Positions 49,373 through 60,000 of a stretch of DNA of 64,000 bases are shown one piece after another (position 1 is the stretch's first letter; every line of letters starts with the position of its first letter). Both the position numbers and the translations under genes were made by a program. The notes beneath the pieces were generated by a model, which did not search any database, was not told the DNA's origin, and saw only the letters and a list, made by a program, of their open reading frames with translations. Source of the stretch: Candidatus Iainarchaeum sp. (GTDB lineage Archaea > Iainarchaeota > Iainarchaeia > Iainarchaeales > VGJJ01); the NCBI GenBank assembly GCA_016699555.1, contig CP064981.1, positions 27,456-91,455 on the forward strand, read 5' to 3'.

Positions 49373-50977
49373 TCAGGGGTTCAATGTGAACGCACCCACG
49401 TGGGTGCCGATCTCCCCAAATATAGGAGACCCACCCCAGTGCCCGCGCAATATCGAGTTGGCTTGCGGGTAACTCGGCAGTGAGGGCACCCCGGGAGCCA
49501 GGCGGACCCCCACAAAGTAATTCTGAGGCGTATTGATTCCAGTCAGACTGGGCAATGCGAATGTCGCACCACAATTCGCCCCAATCGGAGCCCCGGAGGA
49601 ATCCGGGACCACATTTGCGCCGGGATTCGTTGAACCAGGAGACGCAGGAATCAGCGAGGCAGTAATCAATGTTACCGCGGGATCGCTACTCGCATTCGCT
49701 AGTTTGTCGCACCACGCGCTCGTGGGAGTAGTGGGGGCAATCCGATAGAAGCGCAGATTCGGAATAACCCCGCCCAAATAAGCCGTGCACACCGCATTGC
49801 ATGCGTTCTGGGCGGCCGCCAAATTGGGCTGCCCTTGCCAGCACGGCGAGGAAGGATTATCAAAATTAGAGAACTTCAAACTGATTTGAGGAGTAAAGCC
49901 AGCTACCAACCCCGATGAGGCGAGCGGAGAAACATCAATGTGTACGACTTCCCCTTGGTCATTGGCAAAATCAAATACGCGGTTGACAGGATTAGTGAAA
50001 TACGCCTGCGCCACTGCAGGAGAACCCAACGAAGAATCGTATCCGCAACCCGCAAAGCTGAAGGGAGTCCCCAACCCCAAATCGCACCAATAGAAATCAT
50101 GCGCCGTCCCAGGAGCGGTCGAATCCAAGTTCTGGCACACGCGGAAAGAACCGGTGTAATAGTTCCAGGAAGAATAATACCCAAGCGCGTTGGTGCGCTT
50201 AATGCCTGTGGTATTGGCCTTCAACTCATACGTTGTCGGGCCCCCGGGAATCGCAGGAGGAAGCGGCTTCGCCTGGGTCACGCGCAAAGAAATATGGCCG
50301 TTCTTGGAATTCCCCTTGCCATCAAGGTCCCCTGAAATGAGCAATCCCAACTCGCGGGATTCCCCGGACTTGAGGATGAAACCCGCACTCGGAGCGGGAG
50401 AAATCAAGCTGAGGTCGCTCACCGGATTGGTGCACGCCGCAGCCGGATTCGGATTGAAGCAGAAGGGAACACTCAACGTCTGCACACAACTTGCGGAAGT
50501 CACATTGGGATCGCACACGCCCGAACAATCCCACACCGGGGGAGTCGTACCCGGATTCGCACTCACATCCGTGCATGTCCCACTCTGCACCGGGAGCAAA
50601 AAACCTACTTGAAGGCTGTTATTGAAAAAATTATTCTGGAGCGTGCACGGGACGAACCCGGCAGGAGTATAACAATTGAGCTCGGTCCCAATCCCATCGA
50701 TGTAGAGATCGCGCCACGTCGTGTTGGTCAGGCGCACCCCGACAGGATCTGTTTGGACGCCCGCGCCCCAATCCAGTTGCAGGCTGCAGTCCGCCGTCTT
50801 ACCCGTGCACAAGTCGATCTCTTCGTATTCTTGGATATTCGCCCCCAGGAAGCTTTGCCCGAGGGGAGTCAACCCGATCACGCTGAGCAGGATGATGATG
50901 ACGATGATGACGCCTCCCGCCAAGAGAAAAAGATATTCCAGCGCCGACTGGCCACGCGGAACAGAAGAGGAGTGCAT
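49373..50977 (-). CDS. Large type IV pilin-like (class III signal peptide) secreted protein, possible adhesin
   Basis: Preferred start MHSSSVPRG|QSALEYLFLLAGGVIIVIII: basic residue-Gly, Gln at +1, Glu at +5, hydrophobic helix = EppA/PibD-type prepilin signal. Thr/Ser/Gly/Pro-rich body with many Cys. Confidence 0.55.
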   Translation of the reverse strand: MHSSSVPRGQSALEYLFLLAGGVIIVIIILLSVIGLTPLGQSFLGANIQEYEEIDLCTGKTADCSLQLDWGAGVQTDPVGVRLTNTTWRDLYIDGIGTELNCYTPAGFVPCTLQNNFFNNSLQVGFLLPVQSGTCTDVSANPGTTPPVWDCSGVCDPNVTSASCVQTLSVPFCFNPNPAAACTNPVSDLSLISPAPSAGFILKSGESRELGLLISGDLDGKGNSKNGHISLRVTQAKPLPPAIPGGPTTYELKANTTGIKRTNALGYYSSWNYYTGSFRVCQNLDSTAPGTAHDFYWCDLGLGTPFSFAGCGYDSSLGSPAVAQAYFTNPVNRVFDFANDQGEVVHIDVSPLASSGLVAGFTPQISLKFSNFDNPSSPCWQGQPNLAAAQNACNAVCTAYLGGVIPNLRFYRIAPTTPTSAWCDKLANASSDPAVTLITASLIPASPGSTNPGANVVPDSSGAPIGANCGATFALPSLTGINTPQNYFVGVRLAPGVPSLPSYPQANSILRGHWGGSPIFGEIGTHVGAFTLNP

Positions 50978-51100
50978 GCCTGAGGCAATGCGTGTGAGAA
51001 TAAAAAGCCGCTCTCGAAATACCGTTCTTTCCCCGCACACGATAAAATTTGAGGCAAAAAAAAGCACCCCCTAAAAAAGGATTGGCTATGCATTTCCTGC

Positions 51101-52087
51101 ATGCACGCCACCGATACCACGCTCCAACTCCCATGGGTCGAGAAATATCGTCCCCAAAAACTCGCACAGGTCGTGGGCCAGCGAGATATCACTTCACGCC
51201 TGGAAAGCTATGTTTCTACGCGCAATCTCCCCAATATGATGTTTGCCGGTCCTGCCGGGATCGGAAAGACAACCTCTGCCGTGGCGCTCGCCAAAGAATT
51301 GTTCGGAAGCGATTTCGAACGCAATTTCTTGGAATTGAATGCATCGGACGACCGCGGAATCGATGTCGTGAGAAACACCATCAAAGAATTCGCGCGCACA
51401 CTCGCGTTCAACGCGGATTTCAAAATCATTTTCTTGGACGAAAGCGATGCATTGACCGCGGATGCGCAACAAGCGCTGCGTAGGACGATGGAAAAATACA
51501 CCAAGACGTGCCGTTTTGTGTTGTCGTGCAACTATTCCTCGCGCATCATCGAACCCATCCAATCGCGCTGCGTCGTGTTTCGCTTCAAACCATTGCAGAG
51601 CAAGGACTTGGAAGCCCAGCTCAAGCACATCGCCGAACAGGAAAAGCTCAGCGTGGACGCGAAAGCCTATGAGGCGCTCATCTATGTGTCTGAGGGGGAC
51701 TTGCGCAAGGCCGTGAATACGCTCCAAGCCTGCGCTGCGCTGGAGAAAAAAATCACCGACGACACAGTCTATTCCGTGGCGAACCGCGCAAAACCCAAAG
51801 AGATCAAGGCACTACTCGAGAAAAGTTTTGAAGGGAAGTTCATGGAAGCCCGCACGCAACTCGATGCGCTCATGAACGAGCACGGCCTCTCCGGGGAAGA
51901 CATCATCGCGCAATTGCATCGCGAATTGTTGGAGTGGCCCGAGAACGAAGTGGATTCGAAGACGAAAATCATGCTCGTCGACAAAATAGGCGAATACGAT
52001 TTCCGCATGGTGGAAGGGGCCAACGAACGCATCCAATTGGAAGCGCTCATCGCCAACATCGCACTGCTGAATGCGGCAAAGAAATAA
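51101..52087 (+). CDS. rfcS: Replication factor C small subunit
   Basis: PWVEKYRPQKL, GPAGIGKTT Walker A, DEsD Walker B (IIFLDESDALT), SRC motif (SRIIEPIQSRC). Confidence 0.85.
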   Translation: MHATDTTLQLPWVEKYRPQKLAQVVGQRDITSRLESYVSTRNLPNMMFAGPAGIGKTTSAVALAKELFGSDFERNFLELNASDDRGIDVVRNTIKEFARTLAFNADFKIIFLDESDALTADAQQALRRTMEKYTKTCRFVLSCNYSSRIIEPIQSRCVVFRFKPLQSKDLEAQLKHIAEQEKLSVDAKAYEALIYVSEGDLRKAVNTLQACAALEKKITDDTVYSVANRAKPKEIKALLEKSFEGKFMEARTQLDALMNEHGLSGEDIIAQLHRELLEWPENEVDSKTKIMLVDKIGEYDFRMVEGANERIQLEALIANIALLNAAKK

Positions 52088-52242
52088 CGCGCATTTTTGC
52101 GACAACCATTCTATCACGGAATGCCACTCGAAGACGGATCGCTATCCTCATCCCTCGCCACGCCGAGTCGGGATTGGGTCCGATTGCCGGTCGCCGCACA
52201 TAGTTTCATTTCTTCGCGACTTGGTCACTTTTTACATTGACA

Positions 52243-53028
52243 TTAAGTCAGGCGGTATTTTCCGAGCAAGGGTTTTTTGGAATTGACAACGACCCCTTTT
52301 TTGTCGACGATTTCAAGCTCTACCAGTTTTCGTTTAAAATTTTCCCCGCGCAATTTGAATATTTCCAGTCCTCTCCCCCGAGAACCATTTTCGTATAGGA
52401 CATTGTAGATGGCGATAATCCCATCCGACAAAAAACTAATCGCCGCCCCCTTCTCGTCCCCCTGATATCCTCCGATGTGGGTGGGGACCGGAGTCTCTCG
52501 AATGAGGAGGGAACTGATGTTGTGTTTCTCCAGGTAGCGGAACAATTGTTCCATGTAAATACGGAAACGATATTCTTCTCCACTGAAAGCCGAAGAAATA
52601 GAGGTAAGTGAATCCACCAAAATCAAGTCGGGCTTGAAATCTCCCGGAATCAAAACAGGCTGCACATCAATCAACAATTCCTTCTTCGCCTCACTCAACA
52701 ATGCCTCGACGCTTCGCGCAATATCCAACGCGTTAAACCGCTTGATACAGAGTAATCCTTTCTTCTCGTACTGAACGGGATCGAATCCAAAAGAACGCAT
52801 GTGCTCACGGAGACGCTCTTCCCTCTCCTCAAAACTCATGTACAAGACCTTATGACCCGCCCGGCACATATTTTGACCCACTTGCAGACAAAAGAGGGTT
52901 TTACCCGAGCCCGGTCCGCCCTCTATCAGGATAGCAGAACCGGATGGAATCCCATTGTTAAGGAGATCATCCACGCCCTCAATTCCAGTCTTGTAAAATT
53001 CATTATTCATCAACGGTCGAGAAGGCAT
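52243..53028 (-). CDS. KaiC/RadA-like RecA-superfamily ATPase (single domain)
   Basis: GIPSGSAILIEGGPGSGKTLFCLQ Walker A in a KaiC-like context; 261 aa. Confidence 0.65.
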   Translation of the reverse strand: MPSRPLMNNEFYKTGIEGVDDLLNNGIPSGSAILIEGGPGSGKTLFCLQVGQNMCRAGHKVLYMSFEEREERLREHMRSFGFDPVQYEKKGLLCIKRFNALDIARSVEALLSEAKKELLIDVQPVLIPGDFKPDLILVDSLTSISSAFSGEEYRFRIYMEQLFRYLEKHNISSLLIRETPVPTHIGGYQGDEKGAAISFLSDGIIAIYNVLYENGSRGRGLEIFKLRGENFKRKLVELEIVDKKGVVVNSKKPLLGKYRLT

Positions 53029-53055
53029 ATGAATTCCTATTGGAAGAGGGTACTT

Positions 53056-54054
53056 TTATACCTTGCCTTCTCCCATGTTTGAGAGTGATCGCGGGTCCGG
53101 CGATTTTTTTTTAAAAAAACCTTTGAACTCTGATTTCTGCAGAGCCTCGGTGGATACTGCAATTTTTCGAGTGATGTCACGAACCATGGCATTGTAGACT
53201 TTGATTCGAATCTTGTAAATGGAATCCGGAATCGATCCCTTAACAAAAAATTCATCCTGTGCGCGACGAATTTCGTCCCGCAAGGTATTGCGTTCGAGTT
53301 CAAGTGCATTGATACGAGAGATAGCCATGTAGCGTTTCAGCCTGTTTTTGAAAATAAGGAAAAAAACCAACAACACGCCCCCTGCTCCAAGGATGGTAAA
53401 CTTGTTCGTGTCCAAAAATGAAAAAACATTCGCGGTTGCCGCCTCTGCGGCGGCTTTGGCTTTAGTATCCAGGGATTGGAGCTCGACAATCTTATCCTCC
53501 CCCGCATTGGCGGATTCCTTGGCCGTTTCGAAACGCTCGGCATTGAGTTCCCGCTTCGCTGAAGCCAACAACGCCTCCACGGGAGCAGGATCGATGGAAT
53601 CCTTCGCCTCCCCCAAATGTTTTTCGAGGGCGACAATTTCATCTTTGGCTTCATAAGCGAGAGAAATGATCCTATCTAATTCTGAGATCTTTTTGTAGAC
53701 ATCCGTGAAATTTTCCTTTTTACCGGATTGGACGAGGGGATACTCGATTTCATAGTAGGAGTGCGCTGCAATTAATCCGTCCGAAACACGAACCGTTTTG
53801 AGGCCCGCCGCACCCATCTTGCCAATGGTATCCTGCATATTCTCTAACTCCTGCAGGACGGCCTTGTCCTTCGCCAAGAAAATAGCATTGGCATCCGAAA
53901 GGGGGGAGGGAGTCTCTAACCCTTGAAGGGACAGGATTCCTGGACCGGTTTCGCTCGCCAACCCCGTTGTCAATGGAGGGAGGGCGGAGAGAACCACCAA
54001 GAAGAGCACGAGGGAAAGGGGATTCATTTCAACACCTTGTAATAGATTTGCCAC
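53056..54054 (-). CDS. Surface protein with signal peptide, C-terminal TM anchor and basic cytoplasmic tail; partner of the giant protein
   Basis: N-terminal MNPLSLVLFLVVLSAL signal; C-terminal ILGAGGVLLVFFLIF TM then coiled-coil tail; overlaps the giant gene stop by 31 bp. Confidence 0.5.
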   Translation of the reverse strand: MANLLQGVEMNPLSLVLFLVVLSALPPLTTGLASETGPGILSLQGLETPSPLSDANAIFLAKDKAVLQELENMQDTIGKMGAAGLKTVRVSDGLIAAHSYYEIEYPLVQSGKKENFTDVYKKISELDRIISLAYEAKDEIVALEKHLGEAKDSIDPAPVEALLASAKRELNAERFETAKESANAGEDKIVELQSLDTKAKAAAEAATANVFSFLDTNKFTILGAGGVLLVFFLIFKNRLKRYMAISRINALELERNTLRDEIRRAQDEFFVKGSIPDSIYKIRIKVYNAMVRDITRKIAVSTEALQKSEFKGFFKKKSPDPRSLSNMGEGKV

Positions 54055-57000
54055 AACCCGCGCAAGAGACCATTCGTCGTGCGCAAGACCCTCTTTGCTT
54101 CCGAAACCATGATGTCCTTTTCAATCTGACTAAAACGACTGTTGAGGCTCTTCATTTTCGTATCATAGATCCGGGTCTCCGTATCCCCTTTATTGAAGTA
54201 AGATTCCTGCGTCCCCTTAATCTCTTCAATAATACGCTCGCGCTCATCTCGAAGTTTGGCGGATCGCGTCTTAAATTTGAGAAGGTTGTTCCGCTGGTTC
54301 TCCAACTGAATGCCCTTTTCCACGACACGCGAAAGCCTCCCCTCAAAATGGGACGCGGTCTCATGATAATCATTGATGGAGAGTTTTCCCAAGACAAAAC
54401 AATCGTTTTGAGCATTCTTGATGAGGGAAAGCAGGAGATCCTGTTCCGATTTAAGGGCCTTAATTCGACGACCCAGGAGGGCGTGGCGAAGGTATAAGGA
54501 GCCCAGGAACATGACCACAATAATCACGAACCCCGTAGCCGTGAGGGGCTTGGCATTCTTGATGACGAATGCCGTGATGTTGATCGCCCCCTTCGTCTCC
54601 AATAGGAATACGTTCTCCGCATCTGCAATGCGCTGGGCCGCTTGATCGAACTCCCCGCGATTGAATGATTGTTCAGTCAACGTGATGAGGCGCAGGGTCT
54701 TAGGGACTTCCAGGCCATCCTCTTTCGCCTGATCAATTCCCTTCTGCAAGGCGGCAAGCTTTTCGCTCACGGACTGGGCAAACTGGTACTGGGACTTGAT
54801 CTTTTCCGTGAGAACGGCCATATCCTCGTACGCTTTTTCGTCAAAAAGGATCTGGGCCTGCTTCTGAAGTTTAACCAGGGGAGAAATTTCCCACCCACGA
54901 GCATTCATGTCTGCCAAGATGGTTTTGGTTTCCGCCAACAAATTAACCGCCATCCCCTTGGTGACTTCACGAATTTGAAGAATGATCACTCGCTCCTCCT
55001 GGAAAGCCTTGGGCCTGAGCCATTTCTTCCCAACCAATACCCCGTCAATGGTAAACGTCAATTCATGTCGACCGCTCGTAAAGTAGGAAGGAGAAGAAAT
55101 CTCCACGCGCAATTTCTTTTCTTCGGATGGAGCAAAGTCTCCCAAGTATCTGGGGGTCACGCTCAAGTATTTGGACAAGAGCCCCTCCACCGTCACATTG
55201 ATGTTTTGGAGCGACTTATCCTCGAACGGATTTGTGATAATCACTTCAAACACCGAATTCTGTCCACGGAGGAGCTCGAACTCTTCCTGAGAGCTCTTGA
55301 AAAAATTACTCGCATCTTCGGAATTGGAAAATATTCCGCCGCCTCCCAAAGAACTGCTGCTACCGCTGCCGCCTCCGCCACCCCCACCGCCTCCGCCACC
55401 GCCGCTCGCAGTAGTAGTAGTGCTACTCGAACTCCCCGAAGAACCCCCACCGGCTTCCACCACTTCGATGGAAATGGAAGTGGAGCGCGTCTTATTGTCA
55501 TCCCCGCAACACGTGCCCGTGGCAATCACCGACTGATCGCCCGCCGTGGCGTCATCCGCAATTGAAACGGTGATGGAATTGGTGAGGATACTGTTAACCC
55601 CCAGAATCGCAGTGGAGACGGATTGAGTTCCCGAAATAATGCTCCACCCAGAGGGAAGAGTCCAGGTTAATTCCACGTTGTTTCCATCTGAATTTCCTTG
55701 ATTCGTGATTTTAGCGATAAATTGTTTGTTGTCGTCTCCCTGCGTCACAAATAGGGGATACGTGGGAATGGTGACGTTGAGAAATGGCCCCCCAGCCAAA
55801 CTAATAATAGTACCCGAACTCGTCGCACTCGATGGGGAGGCCTGCGCTTCCGAAGGGTCGGCCGTGATGGTGAGGCCATCGCTCCGCTCCACGGATTTGG
55901 TATTGACGAGGGTGTACAACAACCCATTGGAATCGGGATTCACGACTATCGAATACCCGTCCCCTTGGGGGGTGTTATTGTAGAAAATCTTGGAGGTGGG
56001 GTCCCAATTCGAAGTCACGGAGAAGGTAAGGGCCAAGTCACCCGTATTTACGATGTTAATATCCCCCACGACGACGTTAGTATCGAGACTCCCGCTCAAC
56101 GAACCAAAAGAAGAAGGGGAAAAGGACCACGAATAATCCGTGTACGCGAAAAAGGTCGCAGAGGAAGAATTAGAATCATTCCCCTGCGTGTCAAGGGCGT
56201 AAATTCGGTACTCGAATATCTTGTTCAGGTCGCTCGGAATAAAATAATTGTAGTCATATTCGTAATTGTAATCCGTGGGCTGCGAGACCAGGGACATGGA
56301 AATCGAATTCCAATCACTCCAAGAAGAATTCTCGTCATAGAACCAGCGCACCTGCAGATCGACTTGAGAAAGACCCGTGTATTCGGTAACGTTCACATCA
56401 AAATCGACCCACTTGCCGGGATCAATTCCCGCATTGGTGTCCGGACTAATGGACACCCCCCACGCGTCGGGGGGAGTGACATCTCCCACTGAAAACTGGA
56501 AAGAAGTAAACGCATCATTGGATGCAATATCAAACACGTGCACGTTCACATCTACCGTCCCCGCATTCATCGCATTGGCATCCACCACGTAATTTGGGGT
56601 CGCGTTCGTATCGGAAAACGATTGACGGACCTGGACATTGAGATCTGGTCCCAGGATGTTAATATCCACGTAATTCAGTTGAAGATTATCCCCGACGACC
56701 GCCCACACGTTCACGTCAAGATCGTCATTCACATCCGATGGAGTGCGACCGGAGCTGAGGATCACCGGCGAAATCGCATCGTTGGCCGAGGTGCTGCTCA
56801 CAGAAAAGGATCCAGGATTCTTGAGGCTGAAAAAAATCATGTTCAAGTCACTGGCGCCAGACCACGCGTTGAAGGGAGCGCGTGCGACGCGTGAATTGAA
56901 TTGATCTTCATTCGAGACGGAACCGGAATAAAGCTGGCGCGTCCAATACTCATAATCGGACTGATCATAAAAATTAGACGCGATCACCGGAGATGGATTG

Positions 57001-60000
57001 TCCGACCGATTGATGAAAACGGTTCCGACCCCATCCCCATTCGCAGGGGAATAAACGCCCCAATAATTAATGTCGCCCATCGACGAGACTCCGGAACCTG
57101 CACCGTCCGTCACTGAACTGGGAGTAAAAACATTGTTTTTGAAGTATCCAAAATTCGTAAAATTCCCATCGGCGAGGGCAACGTAATCATCATAGAGGTA
57201 TGACCACGATTGCGACTGCGTAGGCGAGACATTCGTGTCGATCAGGAAGAACGGCTGTTTAGCGTAAAAATAGTAAGTGAGATTGTAATCCAAACTACCG
57301 GAAGTCCCTCCCACAGAAAACTTGGAAAAAAGGCCTCCATTAACATCCAGCGAGAACGAGGGACCGGTGACCCCGTACGAAGAATAGGTAAAAATCCCCG
57401 ATTTTGACTCTGGGGAAAGCTGTAACGGGTTATTGCCCCCCACATTGGTATTGGTCCCTAACCTGTTCCAGAGTCGAGAAACCATCCCACCATAATTGAT
57501 ATCCAGTTCACTCGATAGAAGAGAGTTTTGGAACGTATATTTGTACCCGGACACTCCCAAATTGAGATCAGGAGAATATTGAGCATTCACATCATTCGGA
57601 GAATAATTCACATAGAATGTGCGCCCCTCCCCCTTATCCGAAGACACGAGAAAAACGCCCCGCCCGCTAACAAGATTGCCGTTCACGAGGTTCGTATCAT
57701 ACAATTGGGAGGGAATCTCCAAGTAATTGGTCCCATTGAAATCAAGGACGCGCACCGACGACGAAGAAGCTTGAAAATTGAAATCAAATGCCACATCCGC
57801 CGGCCAAAACCAACGGGGCAAGACATTCGGTTCCTGTACAGTCACACTAAAACGAAAAGGATAAACCTCGCCGTCCGCATCCGTGTACCCGTCCCGCCAA
57901 ACCGGAGAACGATAAAACACATTATAGTGCCATTTATTGGAAACTTGAATCGAATACCATCCAATGGAACCATTCACGGAGTACGTATATTGATGGCGGT
58001 TCACATCAGAAGTGCTCACATCCGTCATCGTAGCTAAATTGACCAAAACATTCCCATCCGAATCCACAATCGTGAGATGGGGCGCCACGACATTCCCATC
58101 AATGACAATATTGACATCCTCCCCGCTCCCAAAAAAACTACGAGGAGAACTATTCGAATACGTTTTAACCCAGACGCGAGGGGAAGACAACAAGAAGAAA
58201 TTCGCATCCGAAGCGTCAGTCTCCCCGCCGTTGGAATCCAATCCCCTCAATAGAATGAAATAATTCCCATCCACCACGTCAGAGGCGTCCCAGGGATACG
58301 AACAAGAATACACGGGTCCCCCCGCACACGTGGCACTGCTCAAAAGACCACTCAGGATGGGAGTCCCCCCTCCTAGGGAGGAAGAATAATTGATGTCCAC
58401 ATTCAAATCACTCAATGAACCATACCCCGACTCAAAATTGAAATCAACCGAAGTCACTCCTCCGACAGTTTCCCCGCCATTCGGAAAGACCACCACCACG
58501 TACGGGGCATTCTGGTCGTAGTGAAAACCCATGTCGATGAGGCCCGAATCGAGTTGGTTGGAGAGACGAGTGGTCTTGGATTGGTAAAAAGAATTAACAT
58601 CCACTCCCCCCGCCCCCACTAGCAACTGTCCGCCATTCGCATCGGTATTTAGTAAAAAATTACGATCCGAATTATCTCCGATAAAAGGATTATTGACGAA
58701 GCCCGTCTCAACATTTTGATCCCCCTCGTGTTGAGCGGACGTCCCCCCAATAGTAGTAATCCCCTGGAACGCATTATTTGAAATCGACCCCGTAAATGTC
58801 CCGCTGAGGGCAGTTCTCCCGGTTTGAAAAATATTACGCTGGACATTACCCGAAAAAGTACCAGAGTTCAGAATGGCGATGGACGTGGAACGGTTGAAGT
58901 CCGTAAATGTATTATTGTACACCGATCCGGAAAACGTCCCGGAGGCATTTTGGATGAAATTAGTATTCGTGTAATTGGTGGAAAACAAGTTGTTGTACAC
59001 GGCCCCCGAAAACGTCCCGGTGGAATTCGTGTAATACAAGGAGGTCATCGTCCCAATGTTGGAAAAACGATTATTGTAGAAATCACCCGATGAGAGGCCC
59101 GCCATGTAGATTACTTGACTTGCGGAATAGGAATTGAGATCGTCCATCACGTTATCATGGAATGATCCCGTGAAAGAACCGCTCGTGCTCTGAAAAAATG
59201 CACGATTGTTTATGTTGCGCGAAAAATTATTGTCATAAATGTTTCCGGTAAAGGAAGCATTGTTGTAGATTGCGGCGTAGTTAACAGTGGTATTGAAATC
59301 AGTAAAGTTGTTTCGATAGATATCGCCAGAAAAGATTCCACTGGCCACCGAAAATCCATACGCCAGGCCCGTCATCCTGGAGAAATTGTTATCGTGGACG
59401 GATCCCGAATACGTCCCCGTGATGGTGTACATCAAATAGGATGCAGCGGTGCTATTCACATCGGAAATAGAGTTGTTGTAAAAGTCCCCCGAAAAAGTGG
59501 AACTGTTGTAAAGGAAATAACTCGCAATAGATCGATTAAAACCCGAGAGATTATTGTCGTGAATGGTCCCTGAAAAAGTCCCCGCGTTAAAAATGATGTA
59601 ATTAGCTGCCGTGTAATTAATGTCCGACCACGTATTGCCACAAATTTGACCCGAAAAAGTACCTGCCGTGATATTGACGAAACGCATGTTCCAAGCATCG
59701 TGCATGGTGTTGTTGCAAATGCTCCCGGTGAATTCACTCCCGGTAAGTTGGAGATTAAACGCATAGGAAGCCGTGAGAGTCGTGAAGGAAGTGAAATCAT
59801 TCCCATTAATATCCCCGGAAAAAACAGTGGCGGGGGCATGGTAAATGGCATATGCACGATCCAATGTAAAATTGTTGTCCGTCACGCTACCGGAAAAAGT
59901 TCCCGCCAGGTTGAATATGCCATACCCGGTTTGCTTGAGCAAAATGTTATTGTCATGCACCCCGCCGGAATAATTCCCCGTCAGATATAGAAAGGCATAG

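Noticed and set aside
50609-50983. Plus-strand ORF with poly-Asp run DDDDDDD
   Set aside because: Antisense of the hydrophobic VIIVIIIL segment of the pilin-like gene's class III signal helix.
55297-55536. Plus-strand ORF encoding a poly-proline run (PPPPPPPPPP)
   Set aside because: It is the antisense of the Gly-rich linker (GGGGGGGGGGGG) of the giant protein.
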